The notes under the pieces: generated by a model
The model's input: the letters and a program-made list of their open reading frames with translations, nothing else
Told to the model about the DNA's origin: nothing
The model's database searches: none
Made by a program: the position numbers and the translations under genes
Part shown: positions 57,609 through 64,000 of the stretch, one piece after another
How the letters are laid out: every line of letters begins with the position of its first letter
Position numbering within the stretch: the stretch's first letter is position 1
From: the human T2T-CHM13v2.0 reference genome, Homo sapiens
DNA length: 64,000 nucleotides
Assembly (NCBI RefSeq): GCF_009914755.1
Contig: NC_060943.1
Reading direction: 5' to 3' (one strand)

Positions 57609-57974
57609 GGTGTACACGGAAATATCCAGTTGCTTCTTCAATGGTAAAATCTGTCTTTATGATTTGTAGGGTATAGAATCCTGTGTCATCCTGGGTGACT
57701 TTCCGGGTCAGCAGGGATGCATTGGCAAATATTACCTCCTGACTACTGTATGCAGGTCCTGAGCTAGATCTTTGAATGCCTGTTGCATATCCTAAAATTC
57801 AATAGTAGAGATCCACACTTCTTCCTTTGTGCCAATTGTAGCCCATCACTTTCAGGGGCAGATTGTGGGCAAGTAGAAAAAACTCCTCCTCCTCCTCCTC
57901 TGTGGCATTGAATGGCATGGCTTCAATAGTGACTCTGGCAGTGGTGGGTGGGTTCCAGAAGGTTAAAAGTGAGG
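57609..57974 (-). pseudogene. Unit 3 N-domain exon with one in-frame TGA (57799-57801) and a (GAG)6 run
   Basis: [40 protein letters not shown]...LYY*ILGY...GPAYS...NASLL...DDTGFYTLQII...EEATGYFRVH; splice sites intact. Confidence 0.9.
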
Positions 57975-58087
57975 CTAGGATGGGGAGGGAGCATCAGTCA
58001 ATATCAAAACCTATGTATTGGGATGGAAAGTTGGGGCCCTTTGTCCTTAGAGGTTCTCTTCACCCATGAGCCTTGGAGAGAGAGAGA

Positions 58088-58137
<50 letters not shown>

Positions 58138-58896
58138 TGCTGGGTCAAGGTCAGCAGCATGACCCCCATTCCTTCAACACCTCTGAACTTGGCATTTCCC
58201 TGTGTGGAATCCTCTTCCCCAGGGGTCTGCATGGTTCCCTTTCCACTGACCTCATATCCTGCTCACATCAGGGCATCCTTGAAAGAGCCCTTTCTTGACA
58301 CCTCCACTAGAGATTCTGGGTCTTCCCTTTCTCACTTTTCCCTGCTCAGTTTTCTCCAGGGCTCTTGTCAACACCTGACCTCACATTCTAGATATCCTTG
58401 CGTGTCTCGCTCCCCTCCCCATAACAGCATCAGGTTCATGAGGGCAGGGACTTGTATGATCTTGGTTGTACCGCAGTGCCTGGGACATGCTGTGGACTCT
58501 TGTGAATGAGTTTGTGAGCATTCCCAGAGCCCTCCAAGGCCTGTGATTTATTTCCCAATTTCTGAAGTTGGTGGCTGATGACAATGCCTTATACCCTCAC
58601 TATGTTTTTATATGAAGTGTTATCTGATATAGTTATTATGATCATTTTTCAAAATGTAGTGGCCAGTGATGATTAACCGGGAATAGAGAACACTTGAGAT
58701 TTGTTTGCTTCTTACCATAAATTTCAGTTCAATGTGATTTTCCTGTTTTAATCCTGTCCCTTCTGGTGTCCTCTTTTCTGTTAAGGCAGCAGTAGAAGCT
58801 CTAAGTCCTCTTTCCCCAGGAGCCCCATTTTCCCCAGGAGACCCAAGCCAGTCCCTGTGCCTTCTCATTTCCTCTTCAAGGAAGTTCTCTCCTCAC

Positions 58897-58962
58897 CTGT
58901 GAACATGAGCTTCTGCCAGAGGATGTGCCATCTGGAGAAAGGGACTGATAGGGGGGCACCAT
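58897..58962 (-). pseudogene. Unit 3 leader exon, 66 nt (frameshifted by +2 relative to 64 nt)
   Basis: GACC ATG GTG CCC CCC TAT...TTCACAG|GTGAGG; the leader-like frame (PFSRWHILWQKLMFT) is out of frame with the ATG. Confidence 0.85.
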
Positions 58963-59274
58963 GGTCTGTGCTGCCTGCTTGTCCTCCTCTGTGGAGATGA
59001 GCCTGGGATCCGGAAAGTTTCTGAGCAGGGCTGTCAGCTGGGCTGTCCTTCCACCTTCTATGCTGAGCCTCTTCCTGGGGCAGGAGCACTTCTCAGGCTC
59101 ATGGGTGGGGTCTGTACCCAGGACACCTCTCTGTGCCCTCCCCTCTCAGTCCTGCTTCCTTGTCCCTCCTTTCTGTTTCTCTTCTGTCTGTGTTTCAGGC
59201 CCCTGGGAATTGCTGAGTCCTCTGCCTCCTTCAGCAGTGATTCTCTCACCCAACCTCTACACACACTATGTGCA

Positions 59275-59318
<44 letters not shown>

Positions 59319-61764
59319 TCCTTTAGGTTTGGTAAGCACAGCCCTGGGCCCTCAGTGTCCTCCCATTTCCATTGCTCCAGGTCAGGGTGCACAGTCGCTC
59401 CCCCTGCCCTCTCCCATTCCCATCTGGCTTTTCTCTTCAAAGCAGGAGGCTGGGCTGCACCATGACCCTGTCACAGTGATGCACCCTCACCTTGCTTTGG
59501 GTGGGCTGAGTGCTGGCTGGTGAGAAGGACCCTCCCTCTCTTTCATTATGTTGAACTTTGCTACAGCTTCCATGGTTAGACATTCGATGACCCGGTTGTC
59601 CAAGAGGGTATTTTCCTTCGTGGAGGTGTGCAGGATCAATCTCTTATGCCTCCTGGTAGGAAAGGCCTGTGCTGATTGGTCAGTGGGGCCTATGGGCCCA
59701 GTGTTCACCAGGGACAGGTCTCAGCCACTCTCTTGGTCCCTGGGTTCTGGTGGCTGAGCTGGGGTGAGGCCCATCCATTTTCTTCCTGACCATCTTTGGT
59801 GTCCTCTGTCCTTGGCCCAGCTGACTGTCCTGTGGTCACCCCACCTTCCCCACGGCTGGTGCAAAAGGGAGTGGGGTGATGCCCAGGGTCCCCACAGAAC
59901 ACAGCTCTTCAAGACCCAGAGAGAGAGACTGGGAAAGAACAGGGGCTCAGAGCTGGAGAGATTTCTGCAGACTTACTCTGCAGCCAGGATGGGCTTAGCC
60001 CTTCTTGCTATACATCCCTTGGGGTTCCTCTTGAGGGATTGAGGCAGATCAAGCTCCTCTGTGTAGAAGAAGAACAGGCAGTGGCTGGAGAGCCTGCGTG
60101 AAGGGACTTTGCTCACACCTGAGAGGGTGTGTGGGGGTGGGCCATGTTCTGAGAACAAAAGGAGCTCATACCCCCCACTTCACCTTCCCCATGCACAAAG
60201 GACAGCCCTGTCTTCCCTCCCAGCTTCACGAGAGACAGCAGGGGGCAGATTGTGGGTGAGTAGAAAAACCTCCAGCAGGTGGCCACATCATGGATGGTGC
60301 CTGTGCGTGACCTTCAAACACCCTCTGCACCTCCTAGCGTGCAATGGGCAGGTCATAGGGTGCCTGGCTGATTCCTAGGAATACTGTGGGCACTCAGGCA
60401 GCTGCTGTTCTGTGTCAGCACTGGGATCAGCCTGGGATAACCTAGAGAACCGTACAGAGGGAGTGGGGTGGGAATGTAGGGAGCAGTCACAGAAAAAGTT
60501 GATAAGGATGGAAAGAGGTCACAAGGGTAAAGTGCCTAATATGGCATCATGTGGACCATCGCTGCCCTTGCAGATGCCCTTTTGGCTGGGTCAGCAGCCC
60601 CTGGGGAGTCTTGTGGCTGGGATTCTGCCATCCTCTGGTGAACATGGAGGGAAATTTGGATGACAGCAGCCCCAGGCAAGGCTGCATGTTTTATTCCATG
60701 TGAATCTGCACATTTCACAGCAGATTATTCACCTATGTCACAGATCCATCACATTCCAGCCCCATGAGTCTCAGTCTCTGTGACTGTAAGTTCACTATCC
60801 TCCCTCTATCACAATCAGATGTCCCAAACACAGATTTCTGTCACCTGTGAGTTTGTGTTTGTGTGCAGTGGGCTGCACTGTGTATGCCCTGGGGACAGTG
60901 ATGTCTGGGTGGGGCTGAGCACTGGGCAGAGGTTTGGAAGCAGAAGAGGGAGGTGCAGGGCAGGAAGATCAATGACAGAGGAGCAGAGAGGGAGCAGGGA
61001 CAAGTCATCTTTGTTTCTCACTCCCAGGGGACCAAGAATGCAGGACCCTGACCTTAGGGCTCAACACCACACACTGTTGGTGTCCGTGGATGTCACCAGT
61101 GCTCGTAATTTCATGTTGCCTTGGCATTGATTTATTAAGGTGTAAGTTTACCTGCTTTATATCAGAGGCAGGGCTTGGTCACCGTGACAGTTCCCAATAC
61201 TGTACCTGGCCAAATGGCTGCAGTTGGTGGCCAGAGATAAAATCTTAGAGGCATCTCTCCTGCTTAGTGTGCTGGGCTCCCCCTCTACCCAGCTGCTTCC
61301 TTTAAACTGACGGTTGTGAAATTTGCCCTGAAATTTAAAGTGACCACCTCTCAGTCACAGCGTGGTCACCTGGCCCCAGTGTTTGCTTGCTTTAAACTCA
61401 CCCATTAAAGCTTTCTGCTGGAAACCTCAGCTAACGCCTTGGACCCACTAAAGCCATTGGCCTACAGGTCCCTACTTTCCTCTCTGCCTGGACTCCTTGA
61501 CCTCTGTGTCTATTATCTCTAGGTGTGCCATGTGCTCCTCAGAGTCTGTAAATAGCAAAAAAAAATTTGTACTTTCACATTGTGGTTGTATCACTATAGC
61601 CTCACCTGCCATCTGGTGCCTGACATTGAGGCTGCCCCATGGGACCCATGCTGGTTGAGCCCCTGCTGGAGCTCTTTTCTTGGGGTCTCTGGTGCTGCTG
61701 GGGACAGGCACTGTCAGGTGATTTGATGGAGAAATGGAAGAGTTTTATTCAAAACAGTGTGTCA

Positions 61765-62150
61765 GATGATGTTTTCATGGGCTTCAGCTGCTGTAACAAA
61801 CACCTTAGTCTGGGTGACTTAAAATTTAGAAATCTATTTCTCATAGTTCTGGAGCCTGGGAAGTCCAAGTTCAAGGTTCCAGCTGATTCAGTCCTGGTGA
61901 GGGCTTCCTTGCAGATTCCTGCTCTCTTGCTGTATCTGCACATGGTGCAGGCTTGAAGGTGGGTGGAGAGACAGAAAGAGGTAGAGACCCTTCTCCCATG
62001 TTTTCTTCTATTTATAAGGTCATTAACTCTATCATGAAGCCTCCACTTTTATGACTTAGTCTTACTGTAATTATCTCCCAAAAATGCCACCTCCAAATTT
62101 CATCACATTAAGGATGAGGGCTTTAACAATTTTGAGGGGGCACATTCTGT
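61765..62150. mobile_element. MLT1-type MaLR LTR
   Basis: ttctcatagttctggagcctgggaagtccaag...gattcagtcctggtgagggc signature. Confidence 0.65.
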
Positions 62151-62792
62151 CTGGAGCAGGAAAGGTGGGAGCTCCTTCCCCTCCTGTTCATGAGGCCTGA
62201 CCTTCCCTGGTGAGATAACTTCACATTCAGTCTCATTCTAGGTTGCAGCTCCACAGAGCCTGGGTTCTCCTCTGCTCTTCTGCCCATTCCTGGGTTTTCC
62301 TTCTTGCACCACCTTCTCCCTGTGGCCCCACCTGCTCCTGTTCCAGGCAGCTGTCCTTGCGTTGCTGCTCTCTCACCATCTCTGGCCTCACTGGCCTCTG
62401 CCTTTTTTTTTCTCAGCCCTGAGGCCAGCTCCATGGGAGGGAGGAAGGGTGAAGCTGGGATGGGTTCTGACCAGGTTGCTGCCCGCTATGGAAGCTTGAC
62501 AATGAGGGACGCTGTTGTGTCACCATGGAGGAGTCCTTAGGAAAAGGCTATTTCTCAGGGGTGCCTGGATCAAAAGGGGGGTGGCACTTTTAATTTAGCT
62601 GGATCTGTGAACTACAGGGACTCTGCTCCATGTCAGCAACCAGCACCTCCAACTTTTGGTTTCTCTCTGTAGCTGATTGTCTTGCCTGTGATAAGATCCT
62701 CCTCACAATGACTGATGGTCACAGCCGTGTGTGGAAACTTAATGGAGGGTCTTGAATGCTCACACAGAGTGTCCAGGGAACATGCTTCCTGA

Positions 62793-64000
62793 TGTTGAGA
62801 ACGGGTGCTCAGTGTCATAAAGATAAACACTGAGACAAAGGATCTCTCAGAAAGGCTAGTTTACTTTCTGCAGAAAGGGTGTCACTCGCTAGCAGTCTTG
62901 CCATGACAGCACACACAAACAAAGGAGACAGGGTCATTTATAACCTGACCCGTCCACCCTACTGCTATGTCCAGCTTCTATTGGCTGGAACGGACCTCCC
63001 AATTTGTACTTGACTTGATTGGCTAGCAACTTAGAACTTTCCCAAAGAGGCAAAGGCAGAGAATAAAGGAAGAGAGGAATTAACTTGTGGAATGCTGAGA
63101 GAGGCAAAAACATTTTCAAGTAGGGAAAGGAATAAGCCTGACCTAATGCTTGCTTGGACTGGTTCAGGCATATCAGGGCAAATATCTAAGCTAAAATGTG
63201 GGGTCTAAGAACACAGAGTATATTGATTTCTTTATTATGGCTGGCAGAATTTAAGAATATTAGCACAGGTCTTTGAGAAAATTGTGCTTTTAAGAGAGGT
63301 TACTATTTATTTTCAATTAGACTGGGAGGAAAATCCCTTTGAAGAGGACCTCTATTTATTTCATTCTCTACAATTCTCCCCTCTTTTATTTTATAATTAC
63401 TCTTCAAACTTGTTTAATATGTTTTGACTTAATTGCTCTGTTTGTCCTTTTAAGAGAAGTAATCTTTTTGAATATGGTGGAGAGTTAGGAAACAATTTTG
63501 TGAGAGTAGCAGGGACAAGTTTTTGTATAAAGCTTTGAAAACATTTTTATTTATAGTTACCCACCAGAACAACAAAGATTTAAATCTCACAGCTATTTGA
63601 TTTCGTGCTTTAAATTTATCTGGCACTTCTTGCGGGACCCCAATAGTGTTTATGTAAACCTGAGGATTAAAGGATTTATAAAGAGTTTCTTTGGGCCTGC
63701 AGTGTTTTGTTTTTACTTTTTTTTTTTTTAAGGCTGATAAAATGCCAGGGTGAAAGGGATAGCCAATTGGATTAGAGCATAAATACTCCTCCAATTATCT
63801 GGCAGAGTGTCCAGTAAAGGTCCTTCACAGTACTAGCATACATTTGCTCAGGGGTGGCTAAGCACAGACTGATGGGCAAGCTCCTGGAAAGGCTTGAGCT
63901 TCTTGCATCCTTTTATGCTTCCAAGGAACACCAAATTCTCCACTTGCCATGGGAGGCACGAACTAAACTTGGCATTTAGAGGTGGAAGCTGGATTGCCCT
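62793..64000 (-). mobile_element. HERV-I/HERVIP10-like provirus 3' end: env remnant plus LTR10-like 3' LTR (62793-63372)
   Basis: env peptide IGVPQEVPDKFKARNQIAVRFKSLLFWWVTINKNV; purine tract before a TGTA start; the unit 2 paralog (~42200-42235) lacks the insertion. Confidence 0.75.

Overview
Human (primate) genomic DNA from the CEA/PSG gene cluster, read as chr19q13 from gene identity. It holds three tandem paralogous units, all on the minus strand. (1) A complete PSG9 gene. Six coding exons (L 23900-23837, N 22618-22253, A1 16607-16329, A2 13603-13325, B2 12924-12670, C 8119-8082) splice to 1281 nt, or 426 aa. There is also a skipped but still open B1 exon. (2) A CEACAM pseudogene (~30.3-42.4 kb) that lacks leader and N exons but keeps A, B, an intact GPI-signal exon and PSG-type DWTLP/EAL tail exons. 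(3) A CEACAM pseudogene (~48.5-62.8 kb) with promoter, leader and N exons but no A/B exons. The rest is mostly interspersed repeats: a young L1PA 5' end, Alus, LTR8B-like LTRs in each intron 2, ERV1 (MER65-like) internal sequence at each 3' end, a solo LTR13, a deleted HERV-K nested in an Alu, and HUERS-P-like and HERV-I-like proviral remnants. No CRISPR array, tRNA/rRNA or novel protein-coding system is supported. The most informative signal comes from comparing the three units, which records how a GPI-anchored CEACAM ancestor could become a secreted PSG: deletion of the anchor exon, exonisation of intron sequence, and a poly(A) signal unique to PSG9 inside an ERV. Exon and junction coordinates were counted by hand; repeat family names are from memory and need RepeatMasker/Dfam confirmation.
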